The notes under the pieces are model-generated. The model searched no databases and had not been told where the DNA came from. It was given only the letters and a program-made list of their open reading frames with translations. The position numbers were made by a program, and so were the translations under genes. From an uncultured virus (IMG/VR IMGVR_UViG_2651870323_000004) (taxonomy: Duplodnaviria > Heunggongvirae > Uroviricota > Caudoviricetes), in the IMG/VR virus record IMGVR_UViG_2651870323_000004: 64,000 nucleotides of DNA. The stretch is one strand, 5' to 3'. Each line of letters opens with the position of its first letter. Position 1 is the first letter of the stretch. This document shows, piece after piece, positions 1-8,635 of this stretch.

Positions 1-1212
1 CTAAATCGCTTTTTTCTGGTCCTGCGCCGGGCCAGAAATCGCAGCGTTCACGGCGGCGCGATTCGCCCCGCGGTCGGCCGACGGGATCCACTTCGCATAG
101 TCCCGCATCATCACCTGCACGCTGTGGCCATGCTGCAGGGCCACCCACATCGGGTTCGCCCCGGCCATCAGCGCGAGCGTCACGCTGGTGTCGCGGCATT
201 CCTTCGGCGCCCGGTATCGCACCCCCGCCTTCCGGAGGGCGGCGCGCCAGACGCGACGCTGCGACTGCTCATCGATGAAGGGCTTGCCGGTGTTCGGGTT
301 CCAGAACACCTCCCGGCCGGCGGCCTCGGTGCGGGCCCGCTGGCGCCGGATGGCGTTGTAGGCCCGATCGTTCAGCTCCACCTGCCGTTCCACATTGGTC
401 TTGGTGCGGTCCTTGTCCTTGGTCAGCACCCTGGTTCGCCACACCAGCGCCGTCCGGCTGCGATGATCCACATCCTCCCAGAGGAGTGCGATCTGCTCGC
501 TCGCACGGAAGCCGGCGAAGAAGGAGAACTCGAAGTAATCCGCCCATGTGCTTCCGGCCTGCTCCTCCAGCGCGCGCAGGATCACCTCCACCTCATCGGG
601 GGAGAAGGGGTCGGGCATGGCCTTCTGCACCTTCTGGTTGTCGATGCCGTCGGTAGGGTCCACCACCTCGGTGCGGGCCTTGCAGATCAGCTCGAACACC
701 CCCCGCAGCGGGATCAAGATGTTGTTCTGCGTCTTGCGTGCCAGCGCGCGGCGTGTTTTGCCCGTCTTCTCGTCCAGGCGGGGGGCTGACAGGTCGGCCA
801 GTCGCTCGAGCACCATGACGTGCGTAATGCGCTCCGGCGGCAGGTGGCCGAAGACCGGGAGCCAGTAGGCGGCCAGATGGCGGAGGTAGACGGCGTGCGA
901 GGAGTGCTCCAGCCCACGGGCCGAAAGCCGGCCCCACACCTTCGCCCAGTCGCGGAAGAGGCGGGATTCCTCATCCGTGGCGGGCTGCACGGCCGTCAGG
1001 TTCTTGTAGTCGGGGAAGTGCTCGGCGAAGCGGAACTTGCCCTGGTTGATCTCCTCCACGATCGTCGCGCGCAGTCGCGCCGCGTGCTTCAGGTTGGCGG
1101 CCGTGGGCCGCAGGTCCAGCGTGGGCGAAACCTGTTTGCCCTCCCAGGTGAAGCGGACCTCTATGCGGTTGCCGCGTGGTCTAACACCTCCGGATGATGC
1201 TTTGCGGCCCAT
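1..1212 (-). CDS. int: Tyrosine integrase with N-terminal arm-binding domain
   Basis: Start MGRKASSGG; GFRASE, RDT in place of HxxR, QHGHS...Y catalytic motifs; stop TAG at 1-3. Confidence 0.92.
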   Translation of the reverse strand: MGRKASSGGVRPRGNRIEVRFTWEGKQVSPTLDLRPTAANLKHAARLRATIVEEINQGKFRFAEHFPDYKNLTAVQPATDEESRLFRDWAKVWGRLSARGLEHSSHAVYLRHLAAYWLPVFGHLPPERITHVMVLERLADLSAPRLDEKTGKTRRALARKTQNNILIPLRGVFELICKARTEVVDPTDGIDNQKVQKAMPDPFSPDEVEVILRALEEQAGSTWADYFEFSFFAGFRASEQIALLWEDVDHRSRTALVWRTRVLTKDKDRTKTNVERQVELNDRAYNAIRRQRARTEAAGREVFWNPNTGKPFIDEQSQRRVWRAALRKAGVRYRAPKECRDTSVTLALMAGANPMWVALQHGHSVQVMMRDYAKWIPSADRGANRAAVNAAISGPAQDQKKAI

Positions 1213-1370
1213 CGGTTGTATCCCTCCATATCGATCAGAACATTCCCGTCCGGGGCCCGGACGTACTCTTTGCCTTCGACCCACACGCCGCGGTGGATCT
1301 TGGTTTCCACTGCGCGGTCGGTGTAGCCGGTGTCGAGGCAGAACTTGGGGATTCGGATGAATCGCGCCAT
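1161..1370 (-). CDS. xis: Excisionase
   Basis: MARFIRIPKFCLDTGYTDRAVETKIHRGVWVEGKEY..APDGNVLID..YNRW, typical Xis overlapping the int start. Confidence 0.88.
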   Translation of the reverse strand: MARFIRIPKFCLDTGYTDRAVETKIHRGVWVEGKEYVRAPDGNVLIDMEGYNRWAAKHHPEVLDHAATA

Positions 1371-1579
1371 CACGGTCCTCCTGGTGGAGCAGGCCTGGGG
1401 GCGAAGATCGCCGCCCCGGCCGGGGTGGGTTGATGGTCAATCCCCGCGATGAGGCAGCGCCGATGAAGCGCCTGCATCGTCTCGGGTCGGTGAGCTGGCA
1501 TGCGGCCCTGCAGCCGGGCGTGCAGCAGGTTGCGCTGGGCGTGCGAGAGCCGCAGGCGGTTTGTAGTGGGGCTCTTCAT
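1370..1579 (-). CDS. Phage hypothetical protein
   Basis: 69-aa ORF with overlapping start/stop junctions in the early left operon. Confidence 0.6.
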   Translation of the reverse strand: MKSPTTNRLRLSHAQRNLLHARLQGRMPAHRPETMQALHRRCLIAGIDHQPTPAGAAIFAPRPAPPGGP

Positions 1580-2355
1580 GGCTCGATGCCGTGGGCGGCC
1601 TCAATGGCGCGGGCGAACTCCAGGTGGCTGTTTGGCAGCCCGTCCGAGTCAACCGCCAAGCCATCGATCTGCTCATCCGTCAGCGGCTTGCGCGCCGTCG
1701 GAGGGGCATCGGAGGCCTCTGCTGCCAAGGCGGTAAGCGCCCGGACCTCCAGGTGCAGGCCCAGCAGCTCGGCGGCCACCGGCGCCGGCGTCTGGTAGGC
1801 CACGCCGTCGATCAACACGGATTCCATGTCCTGCGTGAGGGAAGCCGGCGCGGGAGCGGGCCGCGAGCACTGATCGCAATCGAACACATGGGTGATGCTC
1901 GCGCCGTCGTAGCAGCGAACAGCCATCCCGGTGTCGTCGCAGGCTTTGCATGCCGGCTCCCGTGCGTCTGAGGCGGGCCCGACCTCCCGGCCGGCCGCCG
2001 CGAGGCGCGCGCGTGCAGCAACCTCTGCCTGCGCGGCTTCCCAGAAGGGGGTGAGCCAGTGGCCCTCCGGAGGCGGGTCAGCGCCCTGGGCGCTGAAGGC
2101 CAGGGCCCCCATGATCGCGTCGGCGGCGCGCGCACGGATGCCGTCCGGATCTGCGTCGAGCGAATACGCCTTCCGCTCCGCTGCCGCGAACGAGGCTCGG
2201 AGGTGGTTCCGCCACCAATACCTGTCCTTCTCTCCAGCCGGCGGGCCGTCGAAAAACCAGCGGCCGAGGAGCATGCCGTTCCCGCACAGGAAGTTCACTA
2301 CGGTCCGCAGGTCGGGCTGCGCTGCGCCGCTGGCGGTGGTGCTGCTGTCGTTCAT
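1576..2355 (-). CDS. Phage hypothetical protein with CxxC..CxxC motif
   Basis: 259-aa ORF, SD (AAAGGA), CKAC/CDQC. Confidence 0.7.
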   Translation of the reverse strand: MNDSSTTASGAAQPDLRTVVNFLCGNGMLLGRWFFDGPPAGEKDRYWWRNHLRASFAAAERKAYSLDADPDGIRARAADAIMGALAFSAQGADPPPEGHWLTPFWEAAQAEVAARARLAAAGREVGPASDAREPACKACDDTGMAVRCYDGASITHVFDCDQCSRPAPAPASLTQDMESVLIDGVAYQTPAPVAAELLGLHLEVRALTALAAEASDAPPTARKPLTDEQIDGLAVDSDGLPNSHLEFARAIEAAHGIEP

Positions 2356-2853
2356 ATGGTCCTTTCAGTGTCCGAAGGGCAGGCTGCGGCGCCCGCCTTG
2401 CTTGCCATGTCCGCCCGGGCCGCGCGCTGTGGGAGCCGGTCTATCCAGCGCGGCGGCAGCCGGCTCTGCATCAGCGTGTCGTAGGACCGCGACCACGCGC
2501 CGCGCACACTGCCATCCCGGTGGTGCGTGCCGTGCAGTTCGGTGACGTGCAGCCGGGTGACGTACACGGGCCCGTGCTCGGCGGAGGCATCACGGAGCGC
2601 TTCCGTGTCGTCCGCGTACCGGCGCATCTGGTCTGGGCGGTAGAAGGTCTGCGTGCCACCGTCAACGGAATGGTCAGGCTTGGGCAGCAGGGGGTAGACC
2701 TTCTCGCGAGCCGGCGGCGCGGCGTGGAGCACCGTGCGTAGCGCGGTGGCGGCCATTGGCGGGATGGCGATGGCGTGGCCCTGAGCTTCCTCGATGAGGG
2801 TGGCCAGCGCTGCCGCTGCTTTCCGCGCCTCGGTCTGCTCGCCGGTGCTGGGG
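2352..2853 (-). CDS. Phage hypothetical protein, 3' part (5' end lost in N gap)
   Basis: Open frame from the gap to a stop overlapping the next start. Confidence 0.55.
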
Positions 2854-2953
2854 NNNNNNNNNNNNNNNNNNNNNNNNNNNNNNNNNNNNNNNNNNNNNNN
2901 NNNNNNNNNNNNNNNNNNNNNNNNNNNNNNNNNNNNNNNNNNNNNNNNNNNNN
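2854..2953. other. Assembly gap (100 N)
   Basis: Run of N; true length unknown. Confidence 0.99.
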
Positions 2954-3003
2954 AGATGCAGCACATCGTCCCGCCTCTGACGCGCACCCAGTGCAGCCGG
3001 CTG

Positions 3004-3316
3004 CCGCCATGGCCGCGCGGACCAGCCGGCTGCACTGGGTGCGCGTCAGAGGCGGGACGATGTGCTGCATCTCGGTCATGGCAGCATCGACCATCGCCGT
3101 TTCGGCGGGCTTCTCGGCATGCCGCGGGGCTGTGTCGTTCAGAACGGCGCGCGCATTCCGCCGAGCCTCCGCCAGAAGGTCCATGGCGGGGCCTTGGCCG
3201 GCCAGCACCATGTCTTTGTGCTGGTCATCGGTGCGCAGGCGCTCCAACGCACCGACGGCATGCTCGAGGTCGCGCAGCGCCTGGCGCGCGCGTGCATCAG
3301 TGGTGTGGGGAATCAT
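3004..3316 (-). CDS. Phage hypothetical protein, 5' part (runs into artefact and gap)
   Basis: MIPHTTDARA.. with SD AAGGAG. Confidence 0.6.
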
Positions 3317-3347
3317 GATTTGCTCCTTCTGCTGGGGCTCACGGGGC

Positions 3348-4040
3348 TCATTGCACCGGGAACACGTCGCGCTCGGGCAGTCGATCGCCGAACAGCTCTG
3401 CGATGTCGTTCAGCACTTCGTTCACCGGCATGCCCAACATGTCCGCGATCTGCTCGGCGGAGTAGACGGGCTGGCCGCTGGCGTCCACGAATTTCGTCTC
3501 GGGCAGCATCTTCATTTCCGCGGCGACCTCACGAATGGCCTGCAGGAACAGCGGCGGCGCGTGCCGCACAGCCTGGTCCCACAGCTGCCGGTTCTCCGGC
3601 ATCTGCACCACGGCGTCGCCATGCAGTTCCTGCAGTTCGTTCAGGCGCTCCATCGCTTCCACGAACTTCGGGTGGTGGGGCGGCAGGGCCGGTGCCGGCC
3701 GCTCGCGCAAGTCCAGCCCGTCCAACATGCCCGATTCGCGCAGGGCGTTGAAGAACTCCTCATCGGGGAGCTTGCTCGTGAGCCCCGCGACAGGCGCGGC
3801 GATCTCATCGAACCGCGCGCCCGCCGCGGCGGCATCGACCAGCGCGGCGATGTCGGCCGCGGGGATGCCGGGCTGCCGCCGCAGTGCGGCAATGACGGCA
3901 TCGAACCCCTTGCGGATCCGCGCCTGTGCGTCGGGGAACGCCGCGTTGCCGGGTTCGCTGTAGGCGAGGGTCAGGTGGAGGAGCAGTTCGGCCGTCGTGT
4001 GGGTCGCAGCCTCCGGGGCGGCGTGTGCGCTGGTATTCAT
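3348..4040 (-). CDS. Phage hypothetical protein with C-terminal HTH-like segment
   Basis: Start MNTSAHAAPE; C-terminal YSAEQIADMLGMPVNEV. Confidence 0.65.
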   Translation of the reverse strand: MNTSAHAAPEAATHTTAELLLHLTLAYSEPGNAAFPDAQARIRKGFDAVIAALRRQPGIPAADIAALVDAAAAGARFDEIAAPVAGLTSKLPDEEFFNALRESGMLDGLDLRERPAPALPPHHPKFVEAMERLNELQELHGDAVVQMPENRQLWDQAVRHAPPLFLQAIREVAAEMKMLPETKFVDASGQPVYSAEQIADMLGMPVNEVLNDIAELFGDRLPERDVFPVQ

Positions 4041-4129
4041 GGATGGGCTTTCTTGAAGGTGGGGTTTCGCCCGGCCCGCGCGGGTCAGGCGGGGGGGGGG
4101 GGGCGGGCGGGGCGGGGGGGGCGGGGCTT

Positions 4130-4727
4130 CGGAGCTGCTGCTGTGGCGAACGCCTGGCCGCCGGGGCTGCTTGGCCAGGCGGTCGTACAGCAGCACGTTG
4201 ACCGTGGCGGCGAGGTTCATGCAGAACCGCGTGGGCACGAATACGACATGGCGGCACTGCTGCACGATCTCCGCCGGCAGGCTGCCGTCCTCCGGGCCGA
4301 GGATGTAGAAGGCGCGCTCCGGGTGCACGAATTGCGGCAGGGGCGTGGCGCTGGGGATGAACTCCACGGCCACGGGGACGGCGCCCACCGGCATGGCATC
4401 CAGCAACGCCGGCACCTCGATGGTGGGGATGTGCTTCCAGGCCTCCTGCGTATCGGTGGGTGCGCGGGCGAAGCGATGGCCCGCCACGGCCACGAGGCGA
4501 ACGTCGTAGCACCCCGCCGCCCGCATCACCTCGCCCATGTTCAGCACGTTCTTCGGACGGTGTAGTCCGATTGCGGCGTAGCCCCGTGCCTGCATGGCGG
4601 CGATCGCGGGTGCACTATCCGCAGGCGGCGGAGCCACAGGGGGCTGCTGCTCGCGGCGGCGTTCGGGTTGCTCGCTGCGTCGGCCGGCGGATCCGCCAGG
4701 CGGGTACATGGAAATGCGTGTGCTCAT
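4130..4727 (-). CDS. SpoU/TrmH-family (SPOUT) RNA 2'-O-methyltransferase; 3' end obscured by poly-G tract
   Basis: PKNVLNMGEVMRAAGCY, ILGPEDGSL, CMNLAATVNVLLYDR correspond to SPOUT motifs 1-3. Confidence 0.85.
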
Positions 4728-5170
4728 CAGCCTGCCCCCTCCGTCCTGATGCTGGTGAGAGTGCGCATGTGGGCGTCCATCAGCGGTTTCGTCTCGCGCA
4801 AGATGAGGTTCGCCAGCGCGTGGGCGTCTTCCCGTGCGTCGGACAGGTTGCGGAAATCGACATGGCGGTTCAGCCAGCGGGCCGCGGCGATCAGGCGGCG
4901 CGCCACGCGCACGGCATCCGAGCCGTGGCTGGCTTGCTCCACGTCTGGATTGGCCGTTTCGTCCAGCCGGACGGTGCCCTCTTCGGGGTACTGGCTCATC
5001 CAGCAGTAGAGCCCCTGGGGCTCAACGCCACGCGCCGTTTGGCGCTCGGGCCCGGCCTGGATGCAGAGCATTGCGGACAGCTGTTCTGCGGTTCCATCGG
5101 GAGCGATCAGGCTCAGGGCATCGCGCAGCTGGAAGCCGGTGACGTGGAGTGCGGGCCCGGTCGAGGTCAA
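4727..5170 (-). CDS. Phage hypothetical protein (5' end possibly lost by deletion)
   Basis: 147-aa ORF with stop overlapping the next start. Confidence 0.5.
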   Translation of the reverse strand: MTSTGPALHVTGFQLRDALSLIAPDGTAEQLSAMLCIQAGPERQTARGVEPQGLYCWMSQYPEEGTVRLDETANPDVEQASHGSDAVRVARRLIAAARWLNRHVDFRNLSDAREDAHALANLILRETKPLMDAHMRTLTSIRTEGAG

Positions 5171-5264
5171 CCGGCTTGTCCTGGTCCACCAAGTTGTCGA
5201 GCTGCCGGAAAAGCGTCTCGCGCAGGTGATCGATGTTCTTGCCTTTGGTCTTGCTCGGGGTCAT
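5150..5264 (-). pseudogene. Truncated small phage gene (MTPSKTKGKNIDHLRETLFRQLDNL..PVDLDRAR)
   Basis: Strong SD AGGAGG; recognisable small phage protein start that loses similarity after DLDRAR. Confidence 0.45.
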
Positions 5265-5433
5265 GGTTCCTCCTGGGTAATGGGTTGCGTGTGTCGAGGA
5301 GTAGCGCGTCTATTGCAGTTCGCGCAACTTCTCCAATCAAAAGTGCTTTCTCGATGCTGGAATTGCCGCTGTCCATCGCAGCAAGCGCTTTTTCCAAACG
5401 CTGTTTGGTGATTAAGAAATCAGTGCTGTCCAT
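5167..5433 (-). CDS. Small phage hypothetical protein (AT-richer)
   Basis: MDSTDFLITKQRLEKAL..IEKALLIGEVARTAID. Confidence 0.55.
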   Translation of the reverse strand: MDSTDFLITKQRLEKALAAMDSGNSSIEKALLIGEVARTAIDALLLDTRNPLPRRNHDPEQDQRQEHRSPARDAFPAARQLGGPGQAG

Positions 5434-5436
5434 AAA

Positions 5437-6093
5437 TTACCGCTTTCCTTGGAGGCGGTAAATTCTGTTTCCTACGGACTTAGTGCTGCGCCCCAGTCGC
5501 TCGGCGATTTGGGCGTGGGTATGCGTATCGCATAACTGCTCTATCAGCGCGTCATCGGCGGCGGTGTAGGTTTGGCAAGGCTGGGGCGTGGTTAGGGCGA
5601 CTGGCGTCCTACTCAGCCGCTTTAGCTCGGCAATTCTCCTGCTGAACTCCGCCTTTAGATGAAGGAGTTCCTTCTCTTCTGTCGAGATTTTCGCCCTCCG
5701 GATTGACAGATTTTCAGGGGTTCTCTCCAAGCCGGGGGGGCAGTAAACAATGAATCCTTCGGGGACCGGGCCGTTTTTTTCTTCCCATTCCAGCAAGTCC
5801 AACCGTCGCCAGTCGGAGCGGCGGTTTCCGGTGGCGGCAATCTTTTTTTCGTAGAAACCGTGATGGCGGTCCCGCCGGACGTGACCAATCGGATAACCAT
5901 CAATCCCGGGGTTTCCGACACTGCGCTCCAACTTGCGAATCCCCCGCTTGTTGGCGGCTTGGTAAACGGCGCTGACGGTGCATCCAATACGTTCAGCAAG
6001 AACATCGGCAGCAACGGATCCATACCCTGATCGCAGTATTTCTAAAGCGACATCATTCCATTCGAACCTACTTCTTTTATTTCCTTCTGGCAT
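5437..6093 (-). CDS. Degenerate HNH-like DNA-binding protein with terminal Myb/HTH-like segments
   Basis: Start MPEGNK; WEEKNGPVPEGFIV..PENL; LAERIGCTVSAVY and IAERLGRSTKSV; AT-richer than flanks. Confidence 0.65.
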   Translation of the reverse strand: MPEGNKRSRFEWNDVALEILRSGYGSVAADVLAERIGCTVSAVYQAANKRGIRKLERSVGNPGIDGYPIGHVRRDRHHGFYEKKIAATGNRRSDWRRLDLLEWEEKNGPVPEGFIVYCPPGLERTPENLSIRRAKISTEEKELLHLKAEFSRRIAELKRLSRTPVALTTPQPCQTYTAADDALIEQLCDTHTHAQIAERLGRSTKSVGNRIYRLQGKR

Positions 6094-6248
6094 AGTTTCA
6101 GCCTCCGAAAAAAGAGTTCGCTGCGCGACAGGTGCGCACTGCGGTGTAAAAGAGCCGTGATCGCGGGATGCGACCTCGCCGGGGAAAGAGAGAGGGAGGG
6201 AGGAGAGCCCCCGGCGCGGCTGGAAACTGTTGGGAGAGGCGGCCGCCG

Positions 6249-6488
6249 TCAGGCCGCCGCGGCTTCGATCTGGGCCAGCTCCACCACACTGGGCATGGTA
6301 GGCAGCGGCGCATCGTGCGCCAGCGAAGCGATGGTCCACCCGTGCAGGTAGGCATCCATCAGGTTCAACAGGTTGCCGGCCTCGATGGCACGCGTGACGA
6401 ATCCGGGGTTCAGGGCCGGGGCTCTGCCCTTGCCCGCCCGGAAGGCCTCGACGCCGGCCATCTTCGCTTCGCTGATCTGCATGTTCAT
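6249..6488 (-). CDS. First early-left hypothetical protein
   Basis: MNMQISEAK.. preceded by SD CAGGAG. Confidence 0.7.
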   Translation of the reverse strand: MNMQISEAKMAGVEAFRAGKGRAPALNPGFVTRAIEAGNLLNLMDAYLHGWTIASLAHDAPLPTMPSVVELAQIEAAAA

Positions 6489-6495
6489 CTCCTGG

Positions 6496-6536
6496 AAAAA
6501 CCGAAGCCGGCTCGGGGAAAGGTGGCTTCGGTTTTT
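6496..6536. terminator. Bidirectional intrinsic terminator-like hairpin in the leftward leader
   Basis: AAAAACCGAAGCC..GGCTTCGGTTTTT, 13-bp inverted repeat. Confidence 0.6.
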
Positions 6537-6909
6537 GCCCTCGTGGAGGGCTGCAGGTGGGAGGGAACGACCTCCGCTGTACACCACCTGGTTGCGTGTT
6601 GCTGTTCTTGGCCGCGCGCTTCTCTGCCGCCTCACCCGGTACGTCACGCCACCGGTGTACGCCCACTTCCCATCGAAGGGCTGCCGCAATCTGGTGGATT
6701 TCCACCGGGTTGCGATCCGCAGGTTCCAGTGCGAGAACGATGTGAAGGGCGGGCAGGGCGCTACTCCTGCTCCCGCGTGTACGGACCGGATGAATTTCCC
6801 GGCGAGCCGGGCTCTTTACGTCAATCTGCCGTGCGTGTCTTTCCCTGAAGTCGAACCCCAAAGCCGGCAACGGCAATACCTGTGCTGCTCAGCTTTTTCA
6901 TGGCGCTGT

Positions 6910-7647
6910 TCAGTATTGCTCGCTTCGCCAGACGGTCAGGACTTTGCCCAGAACCTCGAAGTGCGGGTTCTTGGGGGAAAGGTCGTAGGGGGGATAGTCC
7001 GGGTTCTTCGAGATGACCCGCAGGATGATGCCCGGCCCGTCGAACTGGGGCACACGCTGGATGATCTTGATGAAGCCCTCGTCCCCGACTCGGAAGAAGT
7101 AGACGCCCTCGTGGTCGATGACTCGAATGCCGGTGTCCACTAGGAGCGGGTCGCCGGGGTTGAACATCGGCTTCATCGATGGGCCGAACCCCGTCACGAT
7201 GGAGAGGTTTTTCACCCCGGTGTGGTTGGGAACATTGAGCCTCAACCATTCGGGCGTCACGCGCCACGATCGGATATGCCCGGGCGGATTGTCGGTGAGA
7301 TTGAAGCCATGCCCCATCGCGCCGCCGATGTCCTGGTACTGGGTGATGACCAGTTCGCCGGCCTCGTGGCCATCGCCCGGCAATTCGAGATAGGGGGGGT
7401 CAGGCTCGGCTGCACGCACCGGAGCTGCCTTCACTGGGCCCACGTCGTGGTCCGCGGACTCGTCCTCCAATTGATCCACCGTGAGCCCCAGCGCTGAAGC
7501 GATCTTGCGCGCGTATGCCGAGCGGGTGCTGTCGCGGACCTCGAGGGCGCTGATCGTGCCCATTTCCACGCCTGAAAGCTCGGAGAGTTGGTCGAGCGTG
7601 AGCCCTGCCTTGTTGCGGTAGTACCTGATGCGTGCGCCGAGTGCCAT
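6910..7647 (-). CDS. cI: CI-type repressor (HTH_3 + S24 autopeptidase)
   Basis: N-terminal HTH (GLTLDQLSELSGV..ISALE), AMG cleavage region, GPSMKP catalytic Ser, FIKII catalytic Lys. Confidence 0.92.
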   Translation of the reverse strand: MALGARIRYYRNKAGLTLDQLSELSGVEMGTISALEVRDSTRSAYARKIASALGLTVDQLEDESADHDVGPVKAAPVRAAEPDPPYLELPGDGHEAGELVITQYQDIGGAMGHGFNLTDNPPGHIRSWRVTPEWLRLNVPNHTGVKNLSIVTGFGPSMKPMFNPGDPLLVDTGIRVIDHEGVYFFRVGDEGFIKIIQRVPQFDGPGIILRVISKNPDYPPYDLSPKNPHFEVLGKVLTVWRSEQY

Positions 7648-7653
7648 ACCCGA

Positions 7654-7720
7654 AGACTAAACAAATGTAGAACCAGCGCCAGATACATTCGTTGAAATTG
7701 CACATCTACACATGTAGAAT
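7654..7720. promoter_or_regulatory. Immunity switch: divergent promoters and three 14-bp operators
   Basis: PR TTGAAA(7692)-17 bp-TAGAAT(7715); PRM -10 TAGTCT on the minus strand (7654-7659); operators at 7658, 7682 (degenerate) and 7705 (TCTACACATGTAGA). Confidence 0.82.
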
Positions 7721-7726
7721 TCGCGC

Positions 7727-7987
7727 ATGAACGCGATTCAACGAGCGATCCAAGGGGCGGGCGGCCCCGCAAAGGTGGCCCACGAGCTGCGGTGCACGGT
7801 GCAGGCCGTGTGCTTCTGGCGCGATGGGAAGCGCCAGCTACCGGCCGAGCACTGCCCCGTGCTCGAACGCCTCAACGATGGGGCAGTGCGCTGTGAAGAC
7901 CTGCGCCCGGACGTGGACTGGGCCTACATCAGATCGTCTGCAGCGGAGCCAGCAGCGCCACCGGCTGGGGAGGTGGTTCATGCCTAA
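7727..7987 (+). CDS. cro: Cro/YdaS-family regulator
   Basis: GGPAKVAHELRCTVQAVCFW..EDLRPDVDW, divergent from cI. Confidence 0.9.
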   Translation: MNAIQRAIQGAGGPAKVAHELRCTVQAVCFWRDGKRQLPAEHCPVLERLNDGAVRCEDLRPDVDWAYIRSSAAEPAAPPAGEVVHA

Positions 7988-8279
7988 CCGGAACCACGTT
8001 CCTCAATTCGCACGCGGCATTTCCGGGCCACTCGGAAAGCTCGAGAACGACCTGAAGACGAAGGTCGATGAGCACACGCATGCGCTGTTCCTGCAGCACT
8101 GCGCCTTGCGTCGCACCGACACCGCCAACGTGCTGCGCGACTGCGTGTACGCGCTGGTGCACGGTAAGACCTACCGACAGATGGTGATTGAAAAAATCAG
8201 TCATGAGGCGCAGTGTGCAGACGCCATCGCGAAGCTGGTAGGGCCGTTTGGGGCCCCCGAATCGGGCGAGGTGGCGTGA
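7980..8279 (+). CDS. CII-position regulator (RHH-like)
   Basis: MPNRNHVPQFARG..GKLENDLKTKVDE; directly follows cro. Confidence 0.6.
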   Translation: MPNRNHVPQFARGISGPLGKLENDLKTKVDEHTHALFLQHCALRRTDTANVLRDCVYALVHGKTYRQMVIEKISHEAQCADAIAKLVGPFGAPESGEVA

Positions 8280-8635
8280 TGGCTGGCGTACCTTTCATCA
8301 CCCGCACGCGCATGGCGCGCAAGCTCGGGACTGAGGCCGGAGCCCGGGCGGAGCAGCGCGCCAACGAGGACGCCCCCGGCTTCAGCGAGCTGGCGCTGGC
8401 GCACATCCGCGAGACGATGCTGGCAGCCCCTGCCGGCGCCACGCTGCGCGGCGAGGACATCACCAACTCCGCCAAGCTGGCCGGCCTACGGCCGCCGGAC
8501 GATCGCGCCTTTGGCCCGGTGTTCGCGAAGGCGATCAAGCAGGGGCTGCTGGAGCCCGTGGGCTACGCGCCCAGGGTGAAGGGCCACGGTACGGCCGGCG
8601 GGCGCGTGTACGCCCGCGGGAGGTCGCTCGCGTGA
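8279..8635 (+). CDS. Phage hypothetical protein
   Basis: MAGVPFITR..DDRAFGPVFAKA; TGATG translational coupling. Confidence 0.7.
   Translation: MAGVPFITRTRMARKLGTEAGARAEQRANEDAPGFSELALAHIRETMLAAPAGATLRGEDITNSAKLAGLRPPDDRAFGPVFAKAIKQGLLEPVGYAPRVKGHGTAGGRVYARGRSLA

Noticed and set aside
1..1440. 479-aa integrase with long N-terminal extension
   Set aside because: The extension is the off-frame of xis and the upstream gene; the likely start is 1212
2954..3072. Perfect 50-bp inverted repeat (2954-3003 / 3023-3072)
   Set aside because: Begins exactly at a contig edge beside the N gap and mirrors coding sequence; typical fold-back read artefact
3348..4727. 459-aa SpoU fusion ORF with polyproline linker
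   Set aside because: The linker comes from a poly-G tract (~4088-4126) that looks like base-calling failure; probably two separate genes
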